From positions 175,248 through 239,247 of the forward strand of contig CAWIEK010000002.1 of NCBI GenBank assembly GCA_963835065.1: 64,000 nucleotides of DNA. Reading direction: 5' to 3'. The position numbers and the translations under genes were made by a program. How positions within the stretch are numbered: the first letter of the stretch is position 1; every line of letters begins with the position of its first letter. Of this stretch, positions 42,321 through 53,975 are shown piece by piece. This stretch comes from an uncultured Chthonomonadaceae bacterium. Its GTDB lineage: Bacteria; Armatimonadota; Chthonomonadetes; Chthonomonadales; Chthonomonadaceae. The notes beneath the pieces were generated by a model. That model ran no database searches. It was not told the origin of the DNA and was given only the letters and a program-made list of their open reading frames with translations.

Positions 42321-42992
42321 TCAGTTGCGATTTTCGAGATAACCTGCCGGCATTGCATTATTGCTATCCGAGGCAAGCGACGCAAATCTAGTTGGAGTAA
42401 CACAAATTCAACTTTCGATAATGGGGAATTATGCCGTTGTCTGCTAATTGTGAAGTAAACCCCAAAAGTGCGTTAGAGTCGCGTCTGATCCCACGAAATT
42501 AGCAAAGTCACACTTAATCTCACTTGCTCGTCTGTTAAATAGTACGTGATAATCCCTTTTATCACGCATTGTAATTGCACGTACATAGTATTCCTCCTCA
42601 TCTTCACGAATGTCGCTAATTCTGTATAGAATAGCCGCACAGGGTAATGCTGGAGAACTGACACGAAACGCCTGTTCGCTGCTGTAAGCGGACAGGCATT
42701 TTTATGTCTGCCCGCCTGTTGGTGAATTTTGTTCAAAGTTCCTTGTCGCCGGTGAGCCTGATTACAGGAAAATTGGGGCGCACTGGCGAATACTGATCGT
42801 GACTAATCCCTGTGAGGTACGCATGGTATTCCCTTTCCTTCCTGAGAACCCGGTTCCGATGGCGGGACGCGGCCTTTCGCCGCTTCGTGGCCTGTTTTAT
42901 GCTGGTGTTCCCGGTGTCCTGGTGGTGAAGAGTTTCCATTCATCCGGCGCGACAATAATGCGCACATCGGACGCTGCCAAAGGAGCCATGCC

Positions 42993-44030
42993 ATGACAAC
43001 ATTTTCTCTCTCCTCCGCAATGCGCGTTCCGCGTTTTGTTGGCGAGGGGCGTATCGAATGGGGCGAAAAACCTGTGCCGGAACCGGGTGTGGGCCAACTG
43101 CTGCTTCAGGCGCGGGCCAATGCGCTGTGCGGGTCGGAGCGCGAGCAGTTTCGGGGTGGCTCGGCTGTCACGCCGGGACATGAGGCGGCGGGCGTGGTCG
43201 TGGCGGCGGGACCTGATACTTCCACTGCCGTAGGCACACCGGGCGTGGTTTTCCTGATGGACTTTTGCGGGCAGTGCCGTTCCTGCAAGCGCGGCGCGAC
43301 CAATCAATGCCTGCACAAGCGCGGGGATATGGGCTTCACGCGGGACGGCGGTTATGGCCCTTATGAACGGATACACGAAACCATCTTCTTTCCCATAGAT
43401 GCCGACCTGCCGCTTTCCGACGCGACCCTGCTCCTTGACATCATGGGAACCGGCGGCCATGCGCTTGCGCGGGGACGTCAGATTGTCCCCGCGCCCGAAT
43501 CGCTGCTGATTACCGGAGCCGGGCCGATTGGTTTGGGCGTCCTTGCAATGGCGCGGCTGCTGTTCGCCCCCGGCCTCCCGATTGTGATTACGGATCGCGT
43601 ACCCTATCGGCTCGAACTTGCCACACAGTTGGGCGGCATTGCCGTAGATGTTACGCGCCAGAGCCTTGCGGAGGGGGCAAAGGCTGCGGGCATAAGCGGC
43701 GGCTTCGACCTGGCTCTGGATACAACCGGCAGTGGCGAGGCGGTACGGAGTGTTCTGGAAAGTTTGGGGCGTGACGCCGCGCTGGTGTGTATCGGGCATG
43801 GGGCGCAGATTGCGCTCAACGTGTCCCGCGACCTGATTCAGACCGAAGCGGCGCTTGTCGGCAGCGAGTATTTCCGCTTCGACGAACTGCCCGCGAACCT
43901 GGCCCTGCTGCGGCAGCATCGCAGCTATTTGAGCCAAATCATCACGCATCGCTTTCCCATTGCGGAGATACAGCGCGCGTTTGAAACATTCTTTGCGGGC
44001 GAAACAGGAAAAGTGATTGTAGAACAGTAA
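42993..44030 (+). CDS. Zn-dependent alcohol dehydrogenase family
   Basis: LCGS, GHEAAG, CGQCRSC...C, GAGPIG. Confidence 0.9.
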   Translation: MTTFSLSSAMRVPRFVGEGRIEWGEKPVPEPGVGQLLLQARANALCGSEREQFRGGSAVTPGHEAAGVVVAAGPDTSTAVGTPGVVFLMDFCGQCRSCKRGATNQCLHKRGDMGFTRDGGYGPYERIHETIFFPIDADLPLSDATLLLDIMGTGGHALARGRQIVPAPESLLITGAGPIGLGVLAMARLLFAPGLPIVITDRVPYRLELATQLGGIAVDVTRQSLAEGAKAAGISGGFDLALDTTGSGEAVRSVLESLGRDAALVCIGHGAQIALNVSRDLIQTEAALVGSEYFRFDELPANLALLRQHRSYLSQIITHRFPIAEIQRAFETFFAGETGKVIVEQ

Positions 44031-44113
44031 AGTACGAGGCAGGCAACAGGAACTTCATGATGCCAACAACTCTCAAAATAGGAAGAAAATAGAAAGAAAG
44101 TAGGAACCTGACC

Positions 44114-44888
44114 ATGACGAATATACCCATCGGCCTGCAGCTGTTTTCCGTGCGCGGCGAATGTGCCAAAAGTCTGCCCGCAACCCTCAAGGAAGTGGCT
44201 GCTATGGGCTATCAGGGCGCGGAACCGTGGGATTACGATGGCGCGTCCCTCCAATGGCAGGGACATTCCGCAAGCGACATTCGCCGCATGTATGATGACA
44301 ACGGCCTTGATCTGCTGCGGCCTGCACCTGACGACGGACGCGCTACTGGACGACAATCTCGCCCGTACCATCGAGTTCAATCAGATACTTGGCAATCGTT
44401 TCCTGATCGTTGCTATGGACAAGCAGCGCATGGCTTCCGCGCAGGGCGTGCAGGAACTGGCGGGCATCCTCAACGACGCGGCGGGAAAGCTGCAGGCTGT
44501 GGGCATGTTTGCGGGCTACCACGCGCACGGTTTCGACTTTGTCACGCTGGAAAACGGCGAGATCGCCTGGAATTTCCTCTTCTCCCAAACGCGCCCGGAA
44601 GTGATCATGCAGATTGACATTGGCAATTCGGTATCGGGCGGCGGCGATCCGATTGCCGCGCTGCGCCTGTTTCCGAACCGCGCCCGTTCGGTTCATCTCA
44701 AAGATTACGGCGGCTCCTCGCCCAACGCCGTGCTGGGAGAAGGCAAGGCGGACTGGCCGGAGATATTCCGGCTGTGCGAAACCACGCAGAACACGGAGTG
44801 GTACGTGGTCGAGGAGGGCGGGGCGGATGGGATCGGCTTTGATATTCCACGCCGCAGTCTTGAAGCGTTGCGCCGCATGGGTAAGTGA
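44114..44888 (+). CDS. Sugar phosphate isomerase/epimerase (TIM barrel; frameshift near 44306)
   Basis: IGLQLFSVR, YHAH, QIDIG, HLKD, VEEG. Confidence 0.85.
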
Positions 44889-44899
44889 GGAGCTAAATT

Positions 44900-45682
44900 A
44901 TGCGACTGAGCTGCTGCGCCTATTCCTATCGTCACGCGCTTCAGGCCGGGCAAATGACCCTGCCGGAGTTTGTTCACGTGTGCCGACAGACAGGCTTTGA
45001 CGGGGTGGAACTGACGGCGTACTACTTCGCCTCGACGGAGCGTTCTTACCTGAACGATCTCAAACGCCTGGCGCACCGGGAAGGAATGTTGATTTCCGGC
45101 ACGGCTATCGGCAGCGATTTTGCCCACCCGGATGCGGGCAAGCGGCAGGAACACGTTGCCCTGACAAAGGCATGGATTGAACATTCCGAGATACTGGGCG
45201 CTCCGACCCTGCGCGTTTTTGCCGGGAGTGTTCGCCCGGAGTCAGACCCGGAACAAACCTTTCAGGAAGTCGTGTCCTGCCTGCAATCCTGCGCCGAAAC
45301 CGCCTGGGAGCGGGGCATTATGCTGGCTATGGAAAATCACGGGGGCCTGACGCAAACGGCAGCCGGAACGCTGCGATTATTACAGGCTGTAGACCGCCCC
45401 GCGCTGCGCCTCAACCTGGACTTTGGAAATTTTCACGGCGACATCTACGAACAGTTTGCAGCCTGCGCTCCCTTTGCGGTCGCAACCCATGCCAAGCCGC
45501 TTGCGACAATCACGCCGGGACAGCCGCCAACGCGCGAGCGTGTAGACTACAAACGTGTAAGAAGTATTCTGGAGCAAGCGGGGTATCGCGGTTTCCTGGC
45601 TATCGAATACGAGGAAGCGGAACCACCTGAAGCGGCAGTAGCGCAATTCGCCGCCGAACTCCGCGCCGCTCTGCAAGACTAA
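44900..45682 (+). CDS. Sugar phosphate isomerase/epimerase
   Basis: [25 protein letters not shown]. Confidence 0.88.
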   Translation: MRLSCCAYSYRHALQAGQMTLPEFVHVCRQTGFDGVELTAYYFASTERSYLNDLKRLAHREGMLISGTAIGSDFAHPDAGKRQEHVALTKAWIEHSEILGAPTLRVFAGSVRPESDPEQTFQEVVSCLQSCAETAWERGIMLAMENHGGLTQTAAGTLRLLQAVDRPALRLNLDFGNFHGDIYEQFAACAPFAVATHAKPLATITPGQPPTRERVDYKRVRSILEQAGYRGFLAIEYEEAEPPEAAVAQFAAELRAALQD

Positions 45683-45761
45683 ACGCAGTTTCTACAACAA
45701 CTTCGGCTACTTCTCTTATCTCTTATCTCATATCTCGCCTCTTGCAGAAGGAGAACGCAGA

Positions 45762-47336
45762 ATGAAAACGATGTTATCCTCCATCTTGCCGCGTGGCCTC
45801 CGCCTGCTGGTTTGCGGCACGATGCTTACGACGATGCTTACGGGAATGGCAGGCGGCACAATCGGGCAGACAGCACCTGCCACGCAGCCACCAGCCGCCG
45901 GAAAGGAAACCGCGATGCCGATTGGCCTCTTTGAAAACCAACAGGATATTGGAACCCTGCTGCATCCGGGCAGTGGAGCCTTCGATGCGCAAGCGGGCGC
46001 GTATACGGTGGCGGGCAGCGGCGAGAATATGTGGGCGACGCAGGACGCCTTTCACTTTGTCTGGAAAAAGGCTTCGGGCGATCTTGCGCTTTCCGCGGAC
46101 GTTGCCTTTGTCGGCGCAGGAACGGAACCCCACCGCAAAGCCTGCCTGATGATCCGTCAGAGCCTGGATGCGGATTCCGCCTATGTGGATGTGGCGTTGC
46201 ATGGTGACGGCCTGACTTCGCTTCAATTCCGCGAAACGCAAGGCAGCGCCACGCATGAAGTGCAGGCCAATGTTTCTCATCCGCGCCATCTGCGCCTGGA
46301 AAAACGGGGCAAATATCTCCGAATGTACCTGTCCGACGACAAGGAGAAACCACATTTTTCCGGCGCGGCAGTGCCGCTGGAGTTTACTGAGCCGTTTTAT
46401 GTCGGGCTGGCCGTATGCGCCCACAACAAGGACGTGACCGAACAGGCCGTTTTCTCCAAAGTGGAACTGAACGCCAATTTGCCGGTTGCGGCAGCACAAC
46501 CGACACTGTACAGCACACTGGAAACGCAGACGATTGCCTCTACGGATCGCCGGGTCGCGTATGTCGCGCCCGCGCATTTCGAAGCGCCCAACTGGCTGGC
46601 GGACGGCAAAACGCTGCTTTACAACAGCGGCGGCCACCTGTACCGCCTGCCCGTGAAAGAAGGGACGCCGGAAGCGATTGATACCGGGTTCGCCATAAAA
46701 TGCAACAACGACCATGGCGTTTCTCCCGATGGCAAGCTGCTGGCAATCAGCGATCAGTCGCAGCCTCCCGGACACTCGCTCATCTACACGCTGCCCGTGA
46801 GTGGCGGAACGCCGCATCGCGTCACCACGTCCGGCCCTTCCTACTGGCATGGCTGGTCGCCGGATAGCAAAACACTGGCCTTTTGCGGACAGCGAGAGGG
46901 GAAATTCGGCATCTTCACCATACCGGCAGAAGGAGGGCAGGAGACGCGCCTGACGACTGCGCAGGGACTGGATGACGGCCCGGAATACTCCCCGGACGGC
47001 AAGACCATCTATTTCAATTCCGACCGGTCAGGCCGGATGCAGATATGGCGGATGCGCTCGGACGGGGGTGAACCGGAGCGGGTTACGGAAGAGGAGTCAA
47101 ATGACTGGTTCCCCCATCTCTCGCCCGACGGAAAGTATATGGTCTTCCTGTCGTATGAAAAGGATGTCAGCGGCCATCCGGCCAACAAAGAAGTCACGCT
47201 GCGCCTGATGACTCTTGCTACCAAAAAGATAACCACGCTTGCCAGATTCTTCGGCGGCCAGGGAACCATCAACGTCCCCTGCTGGTCGCCGGACAGCAAA
47301 CAGATCGCATTCGTGACCTACCAGTTGATCCTATAA
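45762..47336 (+). CDS. TolB-like PD40 beta-propeller protein
   Basis: Repeated WSPD/YSPDGK motifs; signal peptide. Confidence 0.85.
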   Translation: MKTMLSSILPRGLRLLVCGTMLTTMLTGMAGGTIGQTAPATQPPAAGKETAMPIGLFENQQDIGTLLHPGSGAFDAQAGAYTVAGSGENMWATQDAFHFVWKKASGDLALSADVAFVGAGTEPHRKACLMIRQSLDADSAYVDVALHGDGLTSLQFRETQGSATHEVQANVSHPRHLRLEKRGKYLRMYLSDDKEKPHFSGAAVPLEFTEPFYVGLAVCAHNKDVTEQAVFSKVELNANLPVAAAQPTLYSTLETQTIASTDRRVAYVAPAHFEAPNWLADGKTLLYNSGGHLYRLPVKEGTPEAIDTGFAIKCNNDHGVSPDGKLLAISDQSQPPGHSLIYTLPVSGGTPHRVTTSGPSYWHGWSPDSKTLAFCGQREGKFGIFTIPAEGGQETRLTTAQGLDDGPEYSPDGKTIYFNSDRSGRMQIWRMRSDGGEPERVTEEESNDWFPHLSPDGKYMVFLSYEKDVSGHPANKEVTLRLMTLATKKITTLARFFGGQGTINVPCWSPDSKQIAFVTYQLIL

Positions 47337-47346
47337 AAGCCCATTA

Positions 47347-47438
47347 GAGCCTATCCCAATAGGCCGGGTATTGAAAATACCCGGCAGGAAAGTGCAAGCG
47401 TCTTTCAGACGCGAATTCGCGCCTATCGGGATAGGCTC
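47347..47438. mobile_element. 92-bp MITE
   Basis: 11-bp TIR GAGCCTATCCC / GGGATAGGCTC flanked by a TTA direct repeat; internal hairpins. Confidence 0.7.
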
Positions 47439-47475
47439 TTAACACAAGACTCCACAAAGACGTGTCACAGCGACT

Positions 47476-48333
47476 ATGGAGCAGGAGGCAGAGAGTATGG
47501 CGCAACGGCATATCTTGTGCATCGGGGCGCACCCGGATGACAATGAGTTCAGCGTGGGAGGAACGGCGGCAAAATGCCGGCTGCGGGGAGATGTGGTACG
47601 CTTCGTTTCCGTCACCAACGGCAACAAGGGCCACTTTGCGCAGGAGTACATCGCTGATCCCACCGCTCTGGCGCAGCGGCGTTTGATTGAAGCGCAGAAT
47701 GCGGCGGCTGTGATTGGGGCAGACTACCAGACACTAAATGTTCCCGATGGCGAAGTGTATGTCACGCAAGCCCTTACGGAAGCGCTTGTCCGGTGTATTC
47801 GGACGTTTGGCGAACCGGGTCAGGGGCCGGATTTGGTGCTGTTCAATCGGCCTCTGGACTACCACCGCGACCACCGTTATACCGCCCAGGCGATTCTGGA
47901 CGCCACCTACATGCTGACCGTTCCCATGATGTGCCCGGATGCGCCCTTTCTGGAGCGTATGCCCGTCTTTGCCTACTGGTATGACGATTTCCGCGATACG
48001 GTTCCCTTCCGCGCCGACATCGCCGTTCCCATTGACGACGTGATGGAGCAGAAAACGGATATGATGGCGGCACACGTCTCGCAGGTGTTCGAGTGGCTGC
48101 CTTATAATGCCGGGCGATTGGAGCAGACGCCGCCCGTCAGCGAGGCAGCCGCCCGCCGTGAGATGATTGCCGGGCAGGCGCGGGCGCGTGGGGAACATCG
48201 CCGGGAAGCCACGCGCGAGACATTGGAGAAATGGTTTGGCTCCCGCTCTGTACGCTACGCGGAAGCGTTCCAGATTTGCGAGTACGGGCGTGTTCCTGAT
48301 GCCGAGGAACTCCGTTCTTTATTCCCGATATAG
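47476..48333 (+). CDS. PIG-L family deacetylase (start may be 47497)
   Basis: GAHPDD, T.G.KG, YHRDH, AHVSQ. Confidence 0.88.
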   Translation: MEQEAESMAQRHILCIGAHPDDNEFSVGGTAAKCRLRGDVVRFVSVTNGNKGHFAQEYIADPTALAQRRLIEAQNAAAVIGADYQTLNVPDGEVYVTQALTEALVRCIRTFGEPGQGPDLVLFNRPLDYHRDHRYTAQAILDATYMLTVPMMCPDAPFLERMPVFAYWYDDFRDTVPFRADIAVPIDDVMEQKTDMMAAHVSQVFEWLPYNAGRLEQTPPVSEAAARREMIAGQARARGEHRREATRETLEKWFGSRSVRYAEAFQICEYGRVPDAEELRSLFPI

Positions 48334-48352
48334 AGGTGTCCGGCAGGCGCTG

Positions 48353-50603
48353 TCAGCGGATAACGAACCAGGTGGAACTCTGTGGCTTTATGGTGACGGC
48401 AATTTGGACATTGCCGCGCCCATCCAGCGAATACGCCTTTTCGGTTCCGTCTTCCTGACGGATGTGCGCCTGCGATTGCAGCCCTGTGTAGTAGAGGGGC
48501 AGTTCTATTTTGCGCGCGTGATCGTCTTCGGCGTCGGATTGTAGAAGACTGCCAGTCCCTTCTCCGGCAGGTTCGGATTCACGTGGAGAATGCCGTCTAT
48601 ATCCCGCGCATCCGCCCGCCGCAGATGAAGGATGTCGCTTTCCAGAATCGCGCGGTGCTGTTTGAACCACCCGACCCACTGTTGTACCAACGCCTTTGTT
48701 TGGGGCGTGTCGTAAAGCCGGGGGCCGCGATAGCAGGCTTGAACGCCGTAACCGAGGTTGTTGGCGAAATGCTGCGCATAGTCGGGGAGATGCGCCTGTA
48801 GGGGTTCAATAGTCGCCGCCGCGCCGCCGCCCTGATACTCGACAAGCGGCGTAAACATCCAGCCCATTGTCGGCGTCTTCTCCCACGTGCCATCGAAGAG
48901 ATTCTGGCGGGCATGGATATGCTGCTCGGCGCGGGGCAGCGACCAGTTCGTTTCCCGATACCCCATTGCGCACTTGTTCGACCCGCTCAGAAAATACCAG
49001 TCCGGCACATTCAGATAAATTCCTCGTTCCCGACACCAGTGATACAGCGCGGCGATTTGCTGAAACTGCGTCCACTGCGAGTCTTCCAGCCCCTTATGCC
49101 CCGGATGCGTCGTGGAAGCGCACACGTCGCCGGGATAACTGCCGTCGTGTTCCAGCAGGTCAAAGCCCGTTTGTTCCAGAAACGTTTGCAGATGCTGGAA
49201 ATACGCCAGTCCCCACTTGCTGCCAAGACAGGGCGAATTGCCGAAAATCGCGCCGCCAGTCTTTCCCGTTTTGGGATTGATTACATCGTCCGCGTCGCTG
49301 ATATGGCGGCTTGCCAGCAGCGAGTACCCGCCGATTTGCAGCCCCTTCTGGTGCGCGTAGTCCGCCAGCGCCTTGAAGCGGGCGATATTGGCCGGGGACG
49401 TGTCTTCCATGTTCAGGCCGCTGCCGAAACTCAAAATCACCATCTCGAAACCCACTTCCGCGCACTGGTCTATGGCGGTTCTGGCAACCTGGGGATCAAT
49501 GGACGTGAGATGCAGCATCAGGGGGTTTTCCGTAGCCCAGGGCGCGAGGGTTCGATAAAAGCGGCGCAGGATCAATCCCCGCCGTTCCCGCTCCGTGCTG
49601 TCATAAACGATCTCGAAAGTACGAAAGGTGGAAAAGGAGGCTTGCGGGGCAATGTCTGTGGCGGGGCCGAGGGGCGGGCGGCTTTCCAGGAGGCAGGGCG
49701 TTTTGAGTTCGTAACTGACCTGCGTGGTATAAGCCGGGTCTGGAATCCAGTAGGTGGTATGGTTGGAATTGTGGGGCGTCCCGCCGCCAAAGGCGTAATC
49801 GCTGACAACTTCGATAGGGGGTGAAGCCCAATGGTCGGCGGCATCCACAATGGACTCCGACTCAACAACTCCCAAAATCTCCGAAGTGAAGCGATCCAGA
49901 TGAACGGGTTTTGCGCTATGGTTTGTAATCGTGAGCCATTTTGCCAGCGCAGGCAGGCCGTCGTACATTTCGTAATGTACCTCAACGGTAATGCCGGCGA
50001 GTTTGCCTTCCGGCGGCGCAAAGCGCAGGGTCAGCGCGACGCCGCCCGGAGGCCATGTGCTATTTTCGGCGGCATGGCGGGTACGCTTCCAGGCAAAGGG
50101 AGCGCGGGTCGGGCCGGTTTCATAGCGGACAAAATGAAACGCCTGCGGATCTGCCGTCATTGTATCCAGCCATGCGGGGCGCAGATAGGCGAGATCCGGC
50201 TGCCCCACCAATCCGCCAACGGCATACGCCATACCATCCAATTCCAGCGTGGCTTCCGGCTTCACCGCCCGCAGCAGCGATTGTCCCGTCATTAGATTGT
50301 CAAAGGCGACGGTTGCCGCGTCCGGCTCCACGCGAAACACGCGCCGGATCAATCCATTGTCCAGGGTGATTGCTTTGCCGTCTGCGGAGCGCGAAAATTT
50401 TGTTTTCTGCTTCGGCGGATGTATCAGCCAGTCGGGGCGCATTGGAGTCTTTTCCCTTTCAATGCGGGCGCATGTTCGATTGTCTGCGCCGCCATAAGGT
50501 CCGGCGAAACTGAGGCAAAAACAGGCCATACCTCAAAATTTGCAGCCAACGCCGCCAGCCATGTCACAGCGCTTCGTGGTTCGTGCTTCTTTGAAAACAT
50601 CAT
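48353..50603 (-). CDS. Alpha-galactosidase-like (GH36-related) protein; apparent frameshifts near 48510 and 50450-50540
   Basis: IDQCAEVGFEMVILSFGSG, LEHDGSYPGD, GYRETNWSLPR; signal-like N-terminus in a neighbouring frame. Confidence 0.7.
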
Positions 50604-50680
50604 GCGGAAAAGTTCGCCATCGCTGCCGCGCCTTCCTGCTCCACGTTGTCGCGTCAGAGTATGTAGACAATAGTTTTCTG

Positions 50681-50710
50681 TTGACATTTTACCAGCAACT
50701 GTGTTATAGT
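50681..50710 (+). promoter_or_regulatory. Sigma70-like promoter
   Basis: TTGACA-N18-TATAGT with an extended -10 TG. Confidence 0.6.
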
Positions 50711-50796
50711 CTTGAAAACAGTGCGCTCGGAGGCCGTGATTTAAGGATAGGCGAATTATAGCCTAAGATTCACCCCCGGCAACTGATGCAACTCTT

Positions 50797-51270
50797 GTGA
50801 AGTCAGAAGAATTCCTGCGCTTAGAAACCCGGACGTGGCGCATGTTCAACACTGAGGACGCCGTGAAGGTAACATTAACAAACACTGCTGTTCTGAATAC
50901 ATACTGTGTGCCGGAAGCCATACAACAAGAAATATTTTCTTATCAACGGCCAGACAATTACTACGGAGAAGGTTCAACAGCCACCTCCGTAAATGATTGC
51001 AAAGCGGCTGTTGATTTCTTGACGTTTGCCAAAACACAGCATCCAGATATAGAAATGCCGTCTTCTATATCTCCTTCGGTTGATGGAGGGATTTCCTGTA
51101 TTGGGAGAATGGCGCTTCCCAACTGTTTGCTGAAATTTCGGCTACGGATACGGAGGAAATTTCTTATCAGTACGTCTCTTCTGATGGAAATTTTTCTGTT
51201 GGAATCGGCACAAGAGAAAATATCGTCGAAAAACTGTCTTCAATATATTCCCGATAAAGGATGTAGTTGA
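50797..51270 (+). CDS. AT-rich hypothetical protein (probable frameshift near 51095)
   Basis: PDNYYGEGS...AVDFL...ISPSVDGGI; the alternative frame continues YWENGASQLFAEI. Confidence 0.55.
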   Translation: MKSEEFLRLETRTWRMFNTEDAVKVTLTNTAVLNTYCVPEAIQQEIFSYQRPDNYYGEGSTATSVNDCKAAVDFLTFAKTQHPDIEMPSSISPSVDGGISCIGRMALPNCLLKFRLRIRRKFLISTSLLMEIFLLESAQEKISSKNCLQYIPDKGCS

Positions 51271-51674
51271 ATATGTCGAATTCCAACCTTTCCCGGTTAG
51301 TAGATAGAGAAAACGACATCCTCTACCGGAAAGTACATCCTGATTTTTGGGACAAAGAAACGAACAAGCTAAAGCCTGGCGCTTTTGCTGACCCCGGTAA
51401 AAATTATACCGGGGTGTCGTTTTTTGTAAAGAGGTTTAAAACGCCACTGGAAGTTCTGCGTTATTTTAGTTCACAGGGAGAAACGAAGAAAGTAGTGGGG
51501 ATTTCCAGTTCAGTTCCGCCGGCGAGGATGTATGAACATGGCTTTCGGATTGCAGAAGTATCAGCCAGGAGAATTTGCGAGATTGAAGCACAATTCAACA
51601 TTAGATTTGAATATAAGATTACAGACGGTAACGAAATAGATGACAAAGGGCATGTAAGTATTCTTAACGCATAA
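51267..51674 (+). CDS. AT-rich hypothetical protein with an ART/RES-like motif pattern
   Basis: LYRKVHP...PGAF.D...GVSF...GHVSI. Confidence 0.55.
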   Translation: MNMSNSNLSRLVDRENDILYRKVHPDFWDKETNKLKPGAFADPGKNYTGVSFFVKRFKTPLEVLRYFSSQGETKKVVGISSSVPPARMYEHGFRIAEVSARRICEIEAQFNIRFEYKITDGNEIDDKGHVSILNA

Positions 51675-51732
51675 GCGTTTAGCATACTATTGTTCAAACC
51701 TCCTACTCGAATTCTGAGCAGAGAAGAAATAT

Positions 51733-53967
51733 TTGGCGATGGATAAACGCGCGTTCTGTCCGTTATATTTTCGTCTGTGCTGTTCTGCTTTTGTTGGCTG
51801 GCTGTGCGGCCTGTTTCTTGCCTGCTTGTGCGGCTTCAGTCAGGCGCAGCAAGCGCCGCAAAGCGCCTGGTATCAACACGCGCTTACCGGCATGGAAGTG
51901 GGACCGACGGGGGCGCAGTTCGGCAACAGCGATCCAAACGATACCCGCTACGCCGCCCGCTTCGATGGGCGCGAAATCGTCCGGCGCTGCGTGGCCGCTC
52001 ACGCGCAGTATGTGGTGCTGTGGGCGCGCGACGGCGATTTCGCTTACTACAACTCCAAAGTTCTGCCCAAAGCGCCCGGTTTGGGTACGCGCGATCCATT
52101 GCGCGAGGCGGTTACGGAAGCAAAAACGACCCATCTGCCGGTTCTTGCTTACTGTGTCGTGCAGCAGGGAGGCCATTATCTCAAAGCGCACCCGGAGTTT
52201 GAGATGCGCGGCATGGATGGCAAGGCTTTGGGACGGTTCTGCCTGAATTCCGGGTATCTGGACGCGATGAAGCAGATCGTCGCCGAGCAATTGACCTATC
52301 CTATCGCCGGTTTCCATATTGATATGCTGGATCAGGGCTTTGGCGCTCCCTATGGCTGCTGGTGCGATCACTGTCAGGAGCAATTTGCGGCTATGTTCGG
52401 TCACAAAATGCCCACGTCGGTAAGCTGGAACGCCAATTGGGAGGAGATGCTTGAGTTCCGGTATCGCAGCAGCGCGCGCTTTGAACAGGCGCTCCGGGAT
52501 TATATCAAGTCCCTGAACCCGCAGGCGACCGTAGATTTCAATTATCACGGCAATCCCCCCTTTTCGTGGGAAGTGGGGCAACGTCCGGTGCAGCACGCGG
52601 GCAACGGCGACTTTGTGACCGGCGAAACCGGGCAGTGGGGTTTCAGCGCGCTTGGCGTCGGTCTGAACGCCGAATTCTACCGCGCCGCCACGCCGGGAAA
52701 GCGCTGCCAGGTCGCCATGCAGCGAGGCGTCCGCATGTACCATGACCAAACGACGCGCCCGCTTGCCGACATGCGCTGGGAATTGTTCACCCTCCTGGCG
52801 CACGGCGCGTTTGTGACGATGGTGGACAAGACCGGCTTTGACGGGCGACTCGACCCGGTTGCCTATCAGCGGATCGGCACGGCGTTTGCGGAAGCCCAGG
52901 CCAAAAGCGCCCACTTCGGACAGGAACCGGTTTACGATGTCGGCCTGTATTTCAGCGCGCGGACGCGGGATTGGTACGGGCGCGAAAACGCCTCGCGCTA
53001 TTTTCAGGCGTTTCAGGGCGCGCAAAAAGCCTGCGCCTACGAGCATCTGATGTCCGGCGTTCTGCTGGACGAAAACCTCACGGCTGTGCGCCTGCGAGCG
53101 TTCCCGGTTGTCTGCCTGCCGAATGTTGCCATCCTCTCCCCGCGTGAAATCGGCCTGTTTCAATCCTACGTGGAAGCCGGGGGCAAGCTGCTCATCACGG
53201 GGCAGAGCGGCCTTTTCGATGCGTATGGCATGCCCCTTGCCCATTCCACGCTGGAAGAATTGATTGGGGCGCAGGCTGTTCGTCCTCTGGCATCGCAGGA
53301 CAACTGGGTACGCCTCGATTCGCATAGCCCGCAGAAATTCTCCGAATTGCGCGCTTCCATTCCCGCAGACTGGGATTTCCTGGTGCCCGGACCGGCGGAA
53401 GCGTATCGCGTGACAACCGCAATTCCGCTTGGCGTGTTGAGCCAGCCTGCAAGAACGACCCGTCAGAAATCGGGCGCGGAAGGGACGGATTGGCCGATGA
53501 GCGCGGACGCGCCCGTTGGCCCGGCGATGTTGGTTCATACGGTCGGCAAAGGCATGGTGCTGACATTCGCCGCGTCGCCGGATTTCGCCGTTGCTTCGGA
53601 TCACCACATCACCGAAGCGCGTAAACTCTTCGCCAATGCGATTCGCTTCCTGAATCCGGCCCGGCGCGTGGAAATCACGGCTCCCGCCAATGTGGAAGCC
53701 GTCGTTACCGATGACCCGAAAACCCGCCTGCTGCGCGTCCATTTCCTGGCCTACAACGCACTGCCGCAGACAACGCCCGCGTCCGGCAGGCCATACGTGC
53801 TGCCCGGCCTGACCGAAGAGGCTCCTCTGTTCCGCGCCACCATTGCCGCTCGCTTCCCGGTAAAAAGCGTCACGGCGTGGAACAAGACGACTCAAGCCCA
53901 TCTCGCCGCAAACCGCATTGAGGCGACCATCAACGACATTCACGAAGTGCTGGTGCTGAAATACTAA
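51733..53967 (+). CDS. Glycoside hydrolase (GHL6 / alpha-L-fucosidase-like with GH42 trimerisation-like domain)
   Basis: Signal peptide; GFHIDM; GCWCDHC; LPNVAILS..E...YVEAGGKLLITG. Confidence 0.7.
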   Translation: MAMDKRAFCPLYFRLCCSAFVGWLCGLFLACLCGFSQAQQAPQSAWYQHALTGMEVGPTGAQFGNSDPNDTRYAARFDGREIVRRCVAAHAQYVVLWARDGDFAYYNSKVLPKAPGLGTRDPLREAVTEAKTTHLPVLAYCVVQQGGHYLKAHPEFEMRGMDGKALGRFCLNSGYLDAMKQIVAEQLTYPIAGFHIDMLDQGFGAPYGCWCDHCQEQFAAMFGHKMPTSVSWNANWEEMLEFRYRSSARFEQALRDYIKSLNPQATVDFNYHGNPPFSWEVGQRPVQHAGNGDFVTGETGQWGFSALGVGLNAEFYRAATPGKRCQVAMQRGVRMYHDQTTRPLADMRWELFTLLAHGAFVTMVDKTGFDGRLDPVAYQRIGTAFAEAQAKSAHFGQEPVYDVGLYFSARTRDWYGRENASRYFQAFQGAQKACAYEHLMSGVLLDENLTAVRLRAFPVVCLPNVAILSPREIGLFQSYVEAGGKLLITGQSGLFDAYGMPLAHSTLEELIGAQAVRPLASQDNWVRLDSHSPQKFSELRASIPADWDFLVPGPAEAYRVTTAIPLGVLSQPARTTRQKSGAEGTDWPMSADAPVGPAMLVHTVGKGMVLTFAASPDFAVASDHHITEARKLFANAIRFLNPARRVEITAPANVEAVVTDDPKTRLLRVHFLAYNALPQTTPASGRPYVLPGLTEEAPLFRATIAARFPVKSVTAWNKTTQAHLAANRIEATINDIHEVLVLKY

Positions 53968-53975
53968 ATGCAAGA

